Below are positions 30,001 through 44,623 of a stretch of DNA of 64,000 nucleotides, one piece after another. The notes under the pieces were generated by a model. That model ran no database searches. It saw nothing but the letters and a program-made list of their open reading frames with translations, and was not told where the DNA came from. The position numbers were made by a program, and so were the translations under genes. Position 1 is the stretch's first letter, and each line of letters starts with the position of its first letter. This DNA is from Eledone cirrhosa. Lineage: Eukaryota. The stretch spans positions 34,782,001 through 34,846,000 of the forward strand of contig OZ024742.1 in NCBI GenBank assembly GCA_964016885.1, written 5' to 3'.

Positions 30001-32753
30001 GGGAATGGGAGTTAACAGATAAACTAGAAGAGGCGATTAGGAGCGGAGACGTAGCCAGAGTGTTAGCGACGAGAACGGCATTGAGCCAGTTCTTTGACGC
30101 GAAGCACGAAGGCTGCGTTGTCCGAAGTAAAATACGTGCTTTAGGAAACAAGGGGACCAAAGCTGTTAGCTGGGCCCGCGTGACAGAAGCCAAGAGTGGG
30201 ATTAAATCCACCATTCGGTCTTTGCGAGACCAGGATGGACGGGTGATCCTTGAACCTGAGCGAATGTGCGAGACCTTTCAAAGGCACTTTGCTCGACTGT
30301 TCGGAGGTGGCGGGGGGCCGGACGGGGATGTGGACTTCGGTCCATACCACGACGGTCTACCGCGTCTTTCGAGCGGCGAAGCGGAGTGCTGCGAAAGGCC
30401 AATCACAGCCACTGAAATCGGGGAAACGCTCAGCCAATGCAGCAGACGCAAATCCCCGGGTCTCGATGGTCTACCATACGAACTTTATTTAGCTATGCCG
30501 GTCTTGTTCTCCGAACTCCTCGAGGCTGTCTATTGCAACTGGCAACAGAACGGGAGAATTCCCTGTTCTGTGACCAAGGGCGTGGTCACGCTAGTGAGGA
30601 AGGACGAGAGCAAGGGGGACGACTTAAGTAACTTTAGGCCCATAACTCTGCTGAATGCAGAGTTACAGATTTTGGCCAAGGTGTTGGCGAAGAGGTTGGC
30701 GCTTGTGGTGGGTGGTTTGGTGGGAGACGCGCAGACATGCGCTATCCCGTCCAGGTCCATTCACGACAACCTCCACCTCATGCGATACATCATAGAGAGG
30801 GTTGGCTACGAACCCGGCTTTGGTGGGGCCCTGATCAACTTGGATCAATCTAAGGCGTTCGATAGGGTCGACCATGGTTACCTGGATGCGGTGCTAGCGG
30901 CGGCGGGCTTCGGACCCGTTTTCAGGGGCTGGATTTCTGCCATGCACAGTGGCAACATCTACTCTAGGATTAAAGTAAACGGCTACCTCTCGGAGCCGTT
31001 TCAAATCACCCGATCCATCAGACAGGGGTGCCCCCTCTCCTCCCTTCTGTACGTATTGACTCTCGAGCCACTGCTGCGGAAGTTGGAGATGCTGCGGGGC
31101 ATACCCCTGGAACCGGGATTGCACAAAGCGGTCTCGGCCTATGCCGACGACGTAACAGTAATGGTGGCGGACGCCTCGGATATCGGGGCGATCGCCACCC
31201 TACTGGAGGAATACGAAAGGCTGACGGGGGCTAAGCTGAACCAGGACAAGTCAGTCGGTTTGCAACTCGGAACGTGGAGGGGCAAACCGATGCCGTTAGA
31301 CGGTGTCGTCGGGCGGTGGACGGAGGGCCCGGTGAAGCTGCTCGGGGTCTGGTTCGGACCGGACCTCCAGGTGGAGAAGAATTGGGGCGAGGTGACGAGC
31401 AGGGTGTTTGCGCTGACCCAGAAGTGGGCCAAGTGCAAACTATCACTGAAAGGTCGGGCGGAGGTGACGAACGCTTACATAGCGTCCGTCATCTACTACC
31501 GCCTGACCGTCGTGCCTTGCCCCAATGAAAAGCTCACCATCATGGAACGCATGCTCTTCCAGTTCCTCTGGAAGAAGCGGCCTCCCATGGTGAGGAGATC
31601 CATCTGCTGCCAGCACCCTTCGAAAGGAGGGCTGGGTATGCCGTGGCTATTGATGCGTAGGCACGCATTGAGGCTACGGCATCTACAGGTATTCCTCAAC
31701 GGTCAGCCGGTGTGGGCCCCGTTTGTGAGGCGAGCCTTCCCACAGCTCGTCTCGCTCACGGAACTGCAATCCTGGGTGAAGCAAAGACCGAGAAAACTGG
31801 GCAACTGGCACACAGAGTGTGCCCAGGCACCCACGGCTATCTGGCAAGCGGACCCGACTGTCAGTGGAGAATCCACCTCGACATTCTATAGAGGGTTGGT
31901 GGCTAGCAGGGGCGACGACACCCTTGGAGAGTCGCTAGGCATGGAGGAGGACGAACTGGCCATCCTGTTCGGTAGAACTTTCGGCCCGGGACCCATGGAC
32001 AACTTCCAGAGGTCCCTAGCCTGGCAGTGTTACCGGGGGGCTCTGCCCGTTCGAGAAAAGCTCTACAGACACGGGCGCCCGGGCAGGGATCCCGCGAAAA
32101 AGATCTGCCCCAGATGCGTGCGCGACGAGGAAACCGTTGCGCATGCACTGGTACACTTCCCGGGCGTTGCCGATCTGTGAGGCTACGTCGAACGACTGCT
32201 GTCGCGTGTGGCGCCGATTCGATTAACCGCCGAGTCTGTGGTGAACATCAAGCCGCCTCCTCCCTTCAGAAATGAAGCAGAGGCGGTCTTTCTGTGCGTA
32301 ATAGCCATGATGAAAGAGGTTGTGTGGTGGACGCGCCTGAAAGGTCTGAGGTCGGGTGACTTTCTCTCCGTCCATCACCTGGTTTACTTCTTCCGATACC
32401 ACTTCGGAAGAAAAATCAGGATGGAGAGAGAAGTGCTTGGTCCCAGACAGTTTTATGAAAGGTGGGTGAAAGAAGCGAGAATGGCCCGTGTAAATGGGCC
32501 TTCTCTCTACATTGTTCTGTAGGTGAAGAAGTGAAGAGGAAAGGGGGAGCGCCTCCTCTCTGGGCTTTCCCCGCGAAAAGAGTTGCACACTTTTCGGGGG
32601 TATGTGCAATCCCCAACACGCCCCCTCCCTTTTGAGGACATTTTATTGTTATATTATTATTGTTATTCCTTTTTTCTTTACTCGATTTATGTAAACTCCC
32701 CCACTGTGTAAATGTCCCCTTCTTTTGTGCCCTCGTGGCAAATAAATAGAAAT

Positions 32754-32755
<2 letters not shown>
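27060..32755 (+). mobile_element. Full-length Tx1-clade element, copy 2 (very similar to copy 1, with nonsense mutations)
   Basis: Collinear with copy 1. Stops at 27758, 28790 and 32178, 1-nt deletion near 29768. Flanked by (TATC)n. Confidence 0.93.
29095..32522 (+). pseudogene. Tx1 ORF2 copy 2, disrupted
   Basis: ORFs 29095-29772, 29730-32180 and 32208-32522 match copy 1 ORF2. Confidence 0.9.
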
Positions 32756-32790
<35 letters not shown>

Positions 32791-35162
32791 GATAGAGGAC
32801 GTGCTGAGCCAATGCGGCAAACGCAAATCCCCGGGTCTCGATGGTCTTCCTTACGAATTATATCTAGCTATGCCGGACTTGTTCCCCGATCTCCTCGAGG
32901 CGGTCTACTGCAACTGGCAACAGAACGGGAGAATTCCCTGTACTGTGACCAAGGGCGTAGTCACGCTAGTGAGGAAGGACGAGAACAAGGGGGACGAAAT
33001 AAGTAACTTCAGGCCCATAACACTGCTAAATACAGAGTTACAGATTTTGGCCAAGGTGCTAGCAAAGAGGTTGGCGCTTGTCGTGGGCAACCTGGTGGGA
33101 GATGCGCAGACATGCGCTATCCCGTCCAGGTCCATCCATGACAACCTCCACCTCATGCGATACATCATAGAGAGGGTTGGGAACGAACCCGGCTTTGGTG
33201 GGGCTCTGATCAACTTGGATCAATCTAAGGCGTTCGATAGGGTCGACCATGGTTACCTGGATGCGGTGCTAGCGGCGGAAGGCTTCGGACCCGTTTTCAG
33301 GGGCTGGATCACTGCTATGCACAGCAGCCGCATCTGCTCTAGGGTCAAGGTGAACGGCTACCTCTCGGAGCCGTTCAAAATCGCGCGGTCCATCCGACAA
33401 GGGTGCCCTCTCCTCCTCCCTTCTGTATGTGTTGACTCTCGAGCCACTACTGCGGAAGTTGGAATTGTTGCAGGGCATCCCTTTGGAACCGGGATTGCGG
33501 AAAGCGGTGTCGGCCTACGCCGATGACGTGACAGTAATGGTGTCGACGGCCTCCGAAATCGAGGCGGTCGGCACCTTACTGGAGGAGTACGAAAAGTTCA
33601 CAGGGGCTAAGCTGAACCGGGACAAGTCGATCGGTTTGCAACTCGGCACGTGGAGGGGCAGACCGATGCCCTCCGATGGCGTCGTCGGACGCTGGACGGA
33701 GGGCCCGGTGAAGTTGCTCGGGGTCTGGTTCGGACCGGACCTCCAGGTGGAGAAAAACTGGGCGGAGGTTACGAACAGGGTGTTTGCACTGACCCAGAAG
33801 TGGGCCAGTTGCAAACTATCCCTGAAAGGTCGGGCGGAGGTGGCGAACACCTACATAGCGTCCGTCATCTACTACCGCCTGACCGTAGTGCCCTGCCCAA
33901 GGGAAACCCTCACCAAGATGGAGCGCGCGCTCTTCCAATTCCTTTGGAAGAGGCGGGCTCCTATGGTGAGGAGATCCATCTGCTGTCAACACCCTTCGAA
34001 AGGAGGGCTGGGGATGCCGTGGCTAATGATGCGTAAACACGCATTAAGGCTACGGCACCTCTACGTATTCCTCACCGGACAACCGGTGTGGGCCTCGTTT
34101 GTGAGACGAACCTTTCCCAGACTCGTCTCACTCACCGAGCTGCAATCCTGGGTCAAGCAAAGACCGAGAAAACTGGGCGCCTGGCACACTGAGTGTGCCC
34201 AGGCGCTCACCGCCCTCTGGCAGGCGGATCCGGTTATCAGTGGAGACTCCACCGCAACATTCTATAGAGGGCTGGTACGCAGCAGGTGCGACGACGCCCT
34301 CGGAGAAGCCCTAGACATGGAGGAGGACGAACTGGCCAGCCTGTTCGGTAGGACATTCAGCCCGGGACCTATGGACAACTTCCAGAAGTGCCTGGCCTGG
34401 CAGTGCTACCGAGGGGCTTTACCCGTTCGAGAAAGGCTCTACAGACACGGGCGCCCGGGTAGGGACCCCGCCAAAAAGATCTGTCCCAGATGCGTGTGCG
34501 ACGAGGAAACCGTTGCACACGCATTGGTACACTGCTCGGGCGTAGCCGATCTGTGGGGCTATGTCGAACAACTGCTGTCAAGGGTGGGACCGATCCGGTT
34601 GACCACCGAGTCTATTGTAATGATCAAGCCGCCTCCCCCCTTCAAAGATGAAGCAGAGGCGGTGTTTCTGTGCGTAATAGCCATGGCGAAAGAGGTTGTA
34701 TGGTGGACGCGTCTGAAAGGACTGAGGTCAGGCACCTTTCTCTCTGGCCAACAACTGGTCCGTTTCTTCCGATATCATTTCGGAAGAAGGATCAGGATGG
34801 AGAGAGAGGTGCTGCACCCCAGCCGTTTCTATGAAAGAATGGTGAAAGTGGCGAGAATGGCCCGTGTGAATGGGCCTTCACTCTACATCAGACTATAGGT
34901 GAGGAAGATGAAAGACCAAGGGAGCACCCCTTCTCTGTGCTCCTGAGGAGAAGGGTTGCACACTTTTTTCGGGGGTGTGTGCGACCCCCCAAGGCGCCTC
35001 CTCTCTATTGAGGATTTTGTTAAAAATTTTATTTTTTGTTATATCTTATTTTATTTTTATATTTTGTTATTGCCTCCTCCTTATTGAGGACGCCTTTTTG
35101 TGTAAACTCCCCCCTTTGTACTTGTCCCACTTTTGATGCCCTAGTGGCAAATAAAAGAAACA
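32791..35162 (+). mobile_element. 5'-truncated Tx1-clade element, copy 3 (diverged subfamily)
   Basis: Starts at the beginning of the RT. ORFs 32801-33526 and 33429-34898 (frameshift ~33415). Different 3'UTR with similar terminus GTGGCAAATAAAAGAAA; (TATC)n on both sides. Confidence 0.92.
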
Positions 35163-35235
<73 letters not shown>

Positions 35236-35350
35236 GTCTTTCTGTCTATCTAATAAAGACATCTATCTGTCTGTCAGTCAGTCTATAGATTTATCTATCT
35301 ATCTATCGATTTATCTATCTATCTATTTATCAATCTATTTACCTGTCTAT
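35162..35350. repeat. (TATC)n microsatellite
   Basis: Seen directly. Confidence 0.95.
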
Positions 35351-37040
35351 TTAAGTCATACCCCCCCCCCCCCATTATAAACAGAAAATGAAGTTGACAG
35401 CGGCCGTTACGAGGTATCGAATTTTCGTATCTCTCAGATCCCAGCTGAATGCTCTAATCAGCTAATTGAATGCTTTAATGATAGCTAATTGTGCTATGAA
35501 GTCTCTTACAATATCTTACCATATACATTAAGAGCTGAATCAAACAGTTTTCCAGAATGTAAACATACATCGTGAGCAAAGCTCGAACATTCGTACTTAC
35601 GAAACGCTGAGGCAATAAGTTTGTAGAAGATATAAGTTGTTTTATAATCTACAGTAACTGACTATGCTTGCAGGCTTACAGTTATTTTCTGCGTTTGAGC
35701 ATCCTTTAGTAGGTTCAGAGTTACGACAGAGTTACGACAGAGTTACGACAGTGAACACTGAAACACTAATTAAGTAAACGATCTTAAAAGAAGGTGAGAT
35801 ATGGCTATGTGGTTAGGGATTTGGTTTCGCAACCTCATGTTTCTGGTTCCTTCTGTATTGTACTTTGGTCAAGTGTGCAATTGTCTTCTACTATAGGCAC
35901 TATAGTCTTGTGATTGAAATTTGGTTGTGGAAACTCGCCGTATATATATAGAGAGATAGATAGATATATGTATTTATATATAAATATATATATATATATA
36001 TATCTATAAAGAGACAAAGGGAGGTGTGTGACAGCATCTGTATTTGTGTTCACTATTTGATTATATACTGTAACTTAGTGGCTCGACAAACAGGGATCGA
36101 TGAAATAAATACCAAACTTGAAAAAAGAAGCACTCGGCTCAACACAATGGAGTAAATACCTTCAAAGTAATGTCACAGTATGACCGCAGTCTAATGATCG
36201 AAGCAAGTAAAAGTATAATGAAAAATAATAGCAACAACACAGATAGTGGTACTTAACTACATTGGTGTATGAATATGTTATACGAATAAATGTAATGGCG
36301 CGTAATATAAGAAGACATACCATTAAAATATAGTTCTTTATTTTTTTTATCGCCGTCGTTATCATACATCAGAGCATTGGGCAGATATGCAAATCAGATT
36401 GATTATAATAGCCACGGTATGCTGTTGAAGATGGTCATCATTCATGCATAAAATTTCTCTATTTCATGCATTGTCATCGATTGTTGAATAATTCATCCAT
36501 TATTCATTTTACGAACTACTTTTCTTTTTGTCATCGTTTTTTTTTCTCATAATAATCAACATTTGTTTGCTAAATGTGTTGATGCTGTTGTTGTTGTAGT
36601 TGTTGTCTTAATGACGTTTTCTGCTTTGTAATTCCATCAAATATGAATTTAGGTTGATATAAGATACTTCTTATTCTAAGGATGCAGCAATGGCTATATA
36701 GTTAAGAAGTTCGCTTCACAGTCGTGAGATATGCCGTTCAGTTCAATCCTACTGTGAGGTTTCTTGAGCAGGTATCTTTTTTTTTTACTCTAGCCTCACG
36801 TTGAGCCAAATCATGTGAGTGTGGGTAAATATTTTATAATATTTGTAATTCAAAGGTTCGATTTTCTCACATATTACATCCCATTCATTCTAGCAAAGAA
36901 TTACGTTAAGAGTACACTTGTCTGTGGAATACTCAACCTCTTAAACGTTTATTCATGAGTCACACGTTCTTGGTATTCTGGCTTGAAAGCTAAACATGTT
37001 TTATTATATAAAGGTCATCTCTAGATTATAGATTACATTT

Positions 37041-37097
<57 letters not shown>

Positions 37098-37100
<3 letters not shown>

Positions 37101-37240
37101 CAATTCCACTCCGCCCGTTCCTTAAATCTTTATAATTTCTCATTCTTCCTTCTGATGAAGGACTAGCAATCCGAAACGTTAACCTAATATATTCCTTCCA
37201 TATACTGTACCGATTATGTTGTTATTTCTGTTTACCTTTT
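37098..37240 (+). mobile_element. PLE pLTR-type element, family C, degenerate HHR at ~37150-37182
   Basis: CTGATGA-AGGA..TCC-GAAACGTT. Homologous to 39372-39513 (-). Starts at (TA)n. Confidence 0.65.
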
Positions 37241-38417
37241 ACACACACACACATGCACACAAACACACACACATCCATATATATATATGTAATTTACATT
37301 CCGGAGTGATCTCCCCTTTCTTTCTTCCTAGAATCATATTTTTTACTTTTAAATACAGGTCTAATTTTCATTAATTAAATCTTTTTGGATCACTACATTT
37401 TAGCAGCTACTTTACTGTATGTTATTCAAGCAGCAGGCATCCCCGAGTATTCATCCCTCCCAGTCATTTTACCGTATGCTTCAGTATAGAATGAATATAT
37501 TTATTTAAACTTTGAGTAGCTCTTTGAACTATACGGAGGTAAGTGTTATTTTATATGCCACATTCATTATGTTCTTGCATAGCTAATATATATATATATA
37601 TATATAATTAACCCTATAAAATACCTCTGTTGTTCAGATGGAAGTAAATGTTATGAGGTTATATTATTAATCTACATATAAACAAAAAACAAAGTTACAT
37701 TTACCAAAGATTTATCGACTTTCTTTAGAGTTTGCCTAAATAACATATTACTCATGTAACGAAGAGTTGTAATAATAGAACAAGAAATATATTTTATAGC
37801 CGCCATAGAGAAAAGATAAGACCGCAGCGAAGATGTTGCGTAGTCTCATGTCACTGGGTATTAGCAGTAAATATTTAAAAGGTTTAGACTGATCTCAGCA
37901 TTAACCCATTACCTGATTTCTAAAGAAAAATGCTGCAAATATTTATAGAAACGTGCTGCAAATGTTTATATATATTTCAAAAGAATATATATAAACACTA
38001 ACCCTTTCATTACTATATGAAATTATTGCTCAAGGTTTTCAAACATTTTTGAAAATAATCAAAATTTTGGAAGGATTTAGAAATATAACTAAATTCCTCA
38101 TTTAATAATGAGTGTTTCCAAGCACGTCTTTGAGAGCCCTTTCAGAGCCAACTGTCTCAAATTGATCCGGCTGGGTCCTCAAGCGAGACATCCCGAGCAT
38201 ATGAATATTTTCCAACTGTCCTGCTTGGGGTCTACTCATGGCCTCATGTGTCTTCCTCCAGCTGGTTTTTCCCGTAAAATCTGTCCGGTGATTCTTACCT
38301 GAGACATGTCCATAATATCAAAGCTTTGATCTCTCAATTCAAAGTAGCAGCAGATCTACTTGGAGCCAGTCTCTGATCTCCGAGCTATGCACTCTATCTA
38401 GGAACTTTACTCCTATT

Positions 38418-38638
38418 TCGGTGGGTTGGCAGTATCGGTTGAGTGTCGGGCACCATGCTTCGTGGGATAGAGATACGGCTCTTTACGATCTGAGTTCAAA
38501 TACCGCCAAGGTTAGCTTTGCCTTTCATCCTTATGTGGTCGGTAAAATATAGCACAAGTAATGCACCTGGGATCGATTTAATCGACTTTCCCCTCTCCTT
38601 CTAATTGCTGGACTTGTGCCTAAAGTAGAAACAATTAT
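38418..38638 (+). mobile_element. Meta-like SINE
   Basis: Same family motifs. Confidence 0.8.
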
Positions 38639-38713
38639 TACAGTTAAATATTTTAAAGCTGTGGGGCAACTGTAACTTAGGATTAAAACAACTGGTTTCC
38701 TCTTGGTGAGTTA

Positions 38714-38716
<3 letters not shown>

Positions 38717-38774
<58 letters not shown>

Positions 38775-38874
38775 ATATATATATGTATGTATATATATGT
38801 ATATATATATATATATGTATATATATGTATATATATGTATATATATGTGTATATATGTGTATATATATGTATAT

Positions 38875-38908
<34 letters not shown>

Positions 38909-39137
38909 ATGTATATATATATATGTATATATATGTATATATATGTTTGTATATATATGTATATATATGTTTATGTATATATATGTATATATATGTATAT
39001 GTATATATGTATATGTATATGTATATATGTATATGTATATATATATATATGTATATGTATATGTATATATGTATATGTATATATATATATATGTATATGT
39101 ATATATATATATATGTATATATATGTATATATATATG

Positions 39138-39168
<31 letters not shown>

Positions 39169-39289
39169 GTATATATATATGTATATATATGTATATATAT
39201 GTATATATATATGTATATATATGTATATATATATGTATATATATGTATATATATGTATATATATATGTATATATATGTATATATATATG

Positions 39290-39320
<31 letters not shown>

Positions 39321-39321
39321 G

Positions 39322-39356
<35 letters not shown>

Positions 39357-39372
39357 ATATGTATATATGTAT
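38717..39372. repeat. Interrupted (TA)n/(TATG) microsatellite
   Basis: Seen directly. Confidence 0.95.
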
Positions 39373-39425
39373 GCAAAAGGTAACAGAAATAACGACACAA
39401 TCAGTACAGTATATCAGGAAGAGGG

Positions 39426-39461
39426 TCTTAACGTTTCAGGCGTTAATCCTTCATCAGAAGA
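39426..39461 (-). ncRNA. Minimal hammerhead ribozyme in family C element (39372-39513)
   Basis: TCTT-CTGATGA-AGG attaacg CCT-GAAAC GTT-AAGA; loopless palindromic stem III (AACGTT). Confidence 0.7.
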
Positions 39462-40410
39462 AAGAATGAGAAATAATAAGATAGATTGAAGGGACGGACG
39501 GGTTGGAATTGGAAAAAATGTCTTTAAATAAAAATAACAGGTGCATTCATGTTGACATCTCTTGGAAAACTGTTGATGCTGGCGTTTAGTGCATGATTTA
39601 TTTGTTTAGAAAAGTGGTTGATGGAGCGCGTCTTCCTGAAATGGGAAAAAAAAAAACGTTTTGTAAAAAGAGCTATACTTGTGCGCGTGCGTATCATGTG
39701 TGTGTTGTTATACGTCCGTACTAAGCTAAGAAGAAATATCGGTTCTTTCAGTAAGTTATAACATATTTTCTGCTAGTACTGCTTAATAAATCCTTCATGG
39801 TGAAGTTTGGAATTTTGTTATATGAATCCTATAACACTTTCCGGAGTTGTAACAAAGAATGATATGATCTTTGTTTGATTTTGTTTTTAAACTAAGAACA
39901 ATTTGCTAAAAATAATGTGTTTATCAGCAATGGATAGACCAATGGAAACGTACTTGGTCCGATCTGACGATTACCTCTTTTTTTTTCTTTCCCCTTTCTC
40001 TTCATTTACTTTACTTTACTAAGTACAGCTACAGTCAAATATATACAAAATACACGTGTTTATTTATGAAATATTTTAACTTTCTTTTAAATAGTTCTTT
40101 CGTATAAAAAGAACTTAAAAAATTGCGAAGATTTAGATAAAGCATAACGAAGCCAAATAACATTTTCTTATCAAATCCTTCTTTTCCGGTTATATTTATG
40201 CCATATTGAATATTTTCCACAACACTATAATATATATATACAATACAATATATACTCTGTATTTTACGAGAGATATATTTCATAGATAAAATGATCAAGG
40301 GAAAAATATGTCAGACAGATGTGTGTGTGTGTGTATGTATGTGAATGTGTATGTGGTTGTGTATGTTTGAATGTATATATGTGTATGTCTATATAGTTAT
40401 GTATGAATAG

Positions 40411-40486
<76 letters not shown>

Positions 40487-40610
40487 CTATATATATATAA
40501 TATATATTTATATATATATATAATATATATTTATTTATTTATTAAAACAACAGATTAAAGTTTAAGCAAAGAATCGATGCTTTCACCCTTAACGGGATAT
40601 TCTGAAATTA

Positions 40611-40663
<53 letters not shown>

Positions 40664-40856
40664 ACAAAGAAGGTGTGGTAATATACCAGGTGGACCATAA
40701 CGCACCAGAGTACTCGATGCTTATGGGAGTAGCGTGGGTAATAGGAAAAGAGTCATCAGGACCCCGACGGCTGAGCTCCAGCCGTTTCGACAGCTAGACC
40801 TGTCTTTTCCTATATATATATATTTATTATATATATATATATATATATATATAATA

Positions 40857-40896
<40 letters not shown>

Positions 40897-40949
40897 ATAA
40901 ATATATATATATATATATAATAATAAATATATATATATATATATATAAA

Positions 40950-41352
<403 letters not shown>

Positions 41353-42224
41353 CATATGATAGTTTTTCTGTGTTTAAATATATCATTAATTAGTTAACAG
41401 CCATGTGGTAACAGTTAGCTCCTATGACAAACTGGAATAAATGGTACTTTAAAATCTGATTAAGAATCGCTGGAGTCCTTAGTTCCACTTGAAATCGTTC
41501 GGCTATTAAATAAATTCCTATGAAGTCAAGTTAAGTTATTATCATGAAGAAGAGGTTAATATTTGGTTACATTTTGAGGTTTTAGATTTATTTGCTGTTT
41601 GTTGCTTAGCTCCAGCCTGGGCAGCATTGAGACGATCAAAGTTAAAGACATTTCGTTAAAAATCAACGCCTCATATTTTTGGAGGGCAGTGCCTATCTAG
41701 CTATAAGCTTTTTTTCTCAATATTGAAGACAATATGGTGCAATATAAGCAAGGCTTGGCTGCTATTTGGTGTAAATGAAAACTATTTATAAATTTGAGCG
41801 ACTTCCGTCCGTCACACAAAGTTTGTGTTTGTGTGTGTAAAAGTAAGGAAGTGAAATGGTGAAAACACTAAAGCAAAACAGTGGGTGGCATTCCATTTGC
41901 TACGCTGTGTGTGAGTGTATGTGTTTGTTTGTGTTTGTATAAATGTACATGTGTGTGTTCGTGTGAATGTGTGTCTGTGACTGTGTAATTTTGTGTGTCT
42001 GCATTTGCGCGTTTATATTTATAAACTCATACATATAAATGTATGCATATGCACATACACACATACACACACATACGCGTCAGTGTGTTGAAAAAAAACT
42101 GTGATTATATAGGGCAGGGTCTCCCAAATTGGATGCTGCAAGATGCACCTAACTGTGTCCCAAAGGAGGAGGTTTCTATTTCAAAATATAAAAAAATACA
42201 CCATCATTAGAACAACAAAAACAA

Positions 42225-42790
42225 CACTATCACCACCACCAGTATCACCTCCACGACGATGACATCCCTACCCTCAACGACCATGCCCTCGACGACAACC
42301 ACCAACACCTCCGCCACCACCATCATCACCCCGTCCACCCCGAAGACGACGACCGTCACCCAACCCCTACCATCGTACCACCACTACAAAACCTCCCATC
42401 ATAATCATCACAACCCCTTCCCACCTTCATCATCCATCACCCCACCCCCCATTACACCTCCACTCCACACCACAATCATCAACCACCACCACCATCAACA
42501 CCACCATCATGATATCTCCACTACTACCACCCTCCACCAACACCACCACCACCACCACCATCATCAGCACCCTCACCACCACCACCATCATCAACCACCA
42601 CAACGACCATCACCACTACCACCACTACCACCACCCACCACCACCACCCTCACCATCCACAACCATCACCATCACTACAACTACCACCATCACCACCACC
42701 ACCATCACCACTACCACCACTACCACAACCACCATCATCACTACCACTACTACCACCACCACCACTACCACTACCACCACCACCACCAAT
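42225..42790. repeat. (CAC/CAT)n low-complexity tract
   Basis: Seen directly. Confidence 0.9.
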
Positions 42791-43044
42791 CTGATATCTC
42801 CACTATCAATCTACAACTGTAATCCCAGTTAATGTTTCTAGTTAAGATTAAATAAAATATCTTGCATCTGTTAACCAAATCGAAATGCAAAAATAAAAAA
42901 AAATTGTAATGGTGCTGACATTAGCTAATGGGTTAAGAGCTTTGTTTGATAATCTTATATTTGTAGGTTCGATACCACTGAGAACCTATGTACTACAACA
43001 TAGGGTTAACTAATACTCTTGAAGTGAAATTATGTAAATAGACG

Positions 43045-43195
43045 CGATGTCTCGTATAGAGTTACGGTCCTTGCCATTCTGAGTTCAAATCCCACCGAGG
43101 TTAACTTTGCCTTTCATCCTTACGGGATCGATAAAATAAAGTACCAGTAATGCACTGAGTAATTGCTGGCCTTGTGCCAAAAGTAGAAACAATTA
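43045..43195 (+). mobile_element. Meta-like SINE (partial)
   Basis: B box, core and tail motifs. Confidence 0.8.
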
Positions 43196-43595
43196 TCTAA
43201 TAATAGCTATATGTTGATTTGTACTGCATGTTTGATTGACCTGTTTAGTTGCGATACAGACCCGAACTAGTTCGGATCCAGCTGTCGAAACGGCCGGAGC
43301 TCAGCCGTCGGGGTCCTGACTCTTTTCTTATATATATATATATATATAATTTAGGTTTGTTGGTTCACCACTGGATAGAACTGGTCATTTCGTTTGGTCA
43401 ACCTCGATGTAATATTATGGAGAGCACTCGTCTTCGTTTGTGTAGTTGGTGGTGCGAGTACGGAGTTAAAGGCTTGAGTTAAATACTTAAGGACGGCCGA
43501 CCGAGGTAAAAGCTGCTAAATAGTCGGTCGTCCTCTTGTCTTTGATTTTCAGCCTCCATGGATTTTATCTGTTATATTCCTTTGTTATATTTTGA

Positions 43596-43653
43596 ATACC
43601 TGATGATGTCACCAGATTCATACTGAACTCGGTCATTGAAATGATCATAGTAT
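43596..43653 (+). ncRNA. Type I hammerhead ribozyme in a (TA)n-flanked element (~43348-43700)
   Basis: Stem I ATAC/GTAT, CTGATGA, ~31-nt stem II, GAAAT-GATC-ATA (palindrome ATGATCAT), followed by AATAAA. Confidence 0.75.
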
Positions 43654-43865
43654 AATAAACCTTTCAAGGATTTACACCAGTCCAGCCTCCTGTTATTTTA
43701 TATATATGTATATATATATATATATAAGCAAAAGGGATATTCAATTTGTTGGTAATTCAACAAATATAAATGTTTATAACTGATTCAGAGCACTCGACAG
43801 TTTTTCTGGAGTATAATATTCAATGATATTAAATAAATGGAAACTATATTTATAAAACCATATTT

Positions 43866-43924
43866 ATTCTATTATATATATTTCAAGGGTGTCAAAACTT
43901 TGGTACGCTTTCATCAGATAAAAT
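43866..43924 (-). ncRNA. Hammerhead ribozyme, diverged family A copy
   Basis: On -: ATTTTAT-CTGATGA-..-GAAATATATATA-ATAGAAT. Downstream AATAAATATGGTTTTATAAATATAGTTTCC is shared with family A. Confidence 0.7.
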
Positions 43925-44583
43925 GCAAAGTTTGTTTTATAAATAGTGACATAACCAAGAAAAGATACCTTAACGGTTCAAGTTTTTCTCGGATAGTGAA
44001 GGAAAAAGAGAAGAAAAGTCAGATATTTCAAATTATTGAGATGAGTATGCAAATGAGGTTGAGGTATAGGACTGAAAAAAAAAACGTTATTTTAGACGCT
44101 ATGCAGAATTTAAATAATTAGGATATATGTGTAACGGTATGAGTAGGAAGAAGAAAAAAAGAAAGAAGAGCTTGTATTTACGCTAATTTAAAAGGAATTA
44201 ACAATTTGCGGGAATGGTGGAATATGATTCCAGAATTTAAATTTATTTAGCTATATTATGAGTTATAATATTGTATATATAATCAATTAGATTATATGAA
44301 GAATTGTGGTTGTAAGTAGACTTTATCTTATTACATTACAATAGATTGTATATTATATATATATATATATAGAATATTTACGTATCGAGAGAGAGAGAAG
44401 GAGGGAAAGGCGATACATGTAGTTATTTGCCAATAGTGTATGCAGAGGGTGCTCAATACTAGTGCCGGCAGTGTTAAATATTAGAAGTGTTAATATCTAG
44501 TGGGCGAGAGAATTAGCAGAGCGGAAGCACGTGGAGAAGTAAATACAGGAGAACAGACCGTTAAAACATGTTTATTTAAAATA

Positions 44584-44623
44584 GCACCTACGTACGTTTC
44601 GCCCGAATGGGCTTCTCAAGGGC
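44584..44623 (-). ncRNA. Hammerhead ribozyme variant (U3-A8 core) in a (TA)n-flanked element (~44372-44940)
   Basis: On -: GCCC-TTGAGAA-GCCC attc GGGC-GAAAC GTAC GTA-GGTGC. Confidence 0.65.

Noticed and set aside
32786-32797. CTATC|GATAG palindrome at the copy 3 5' junction as target snap-back
   Set aside because: GATAGAG aligns with native coding sequence (E-I-E), so it may be coincidental.
21464-34581. Antisense and alternative-frame ORFs within Tx1 copies
   Set aside because: Shadows of GC-rich or compositionally biased coding sequence with no motifs.
37480-37550. Possible host exon (GAG|GTAAGT donor at ~37539)
   Set aside because: No supporting ORF or homology visible.
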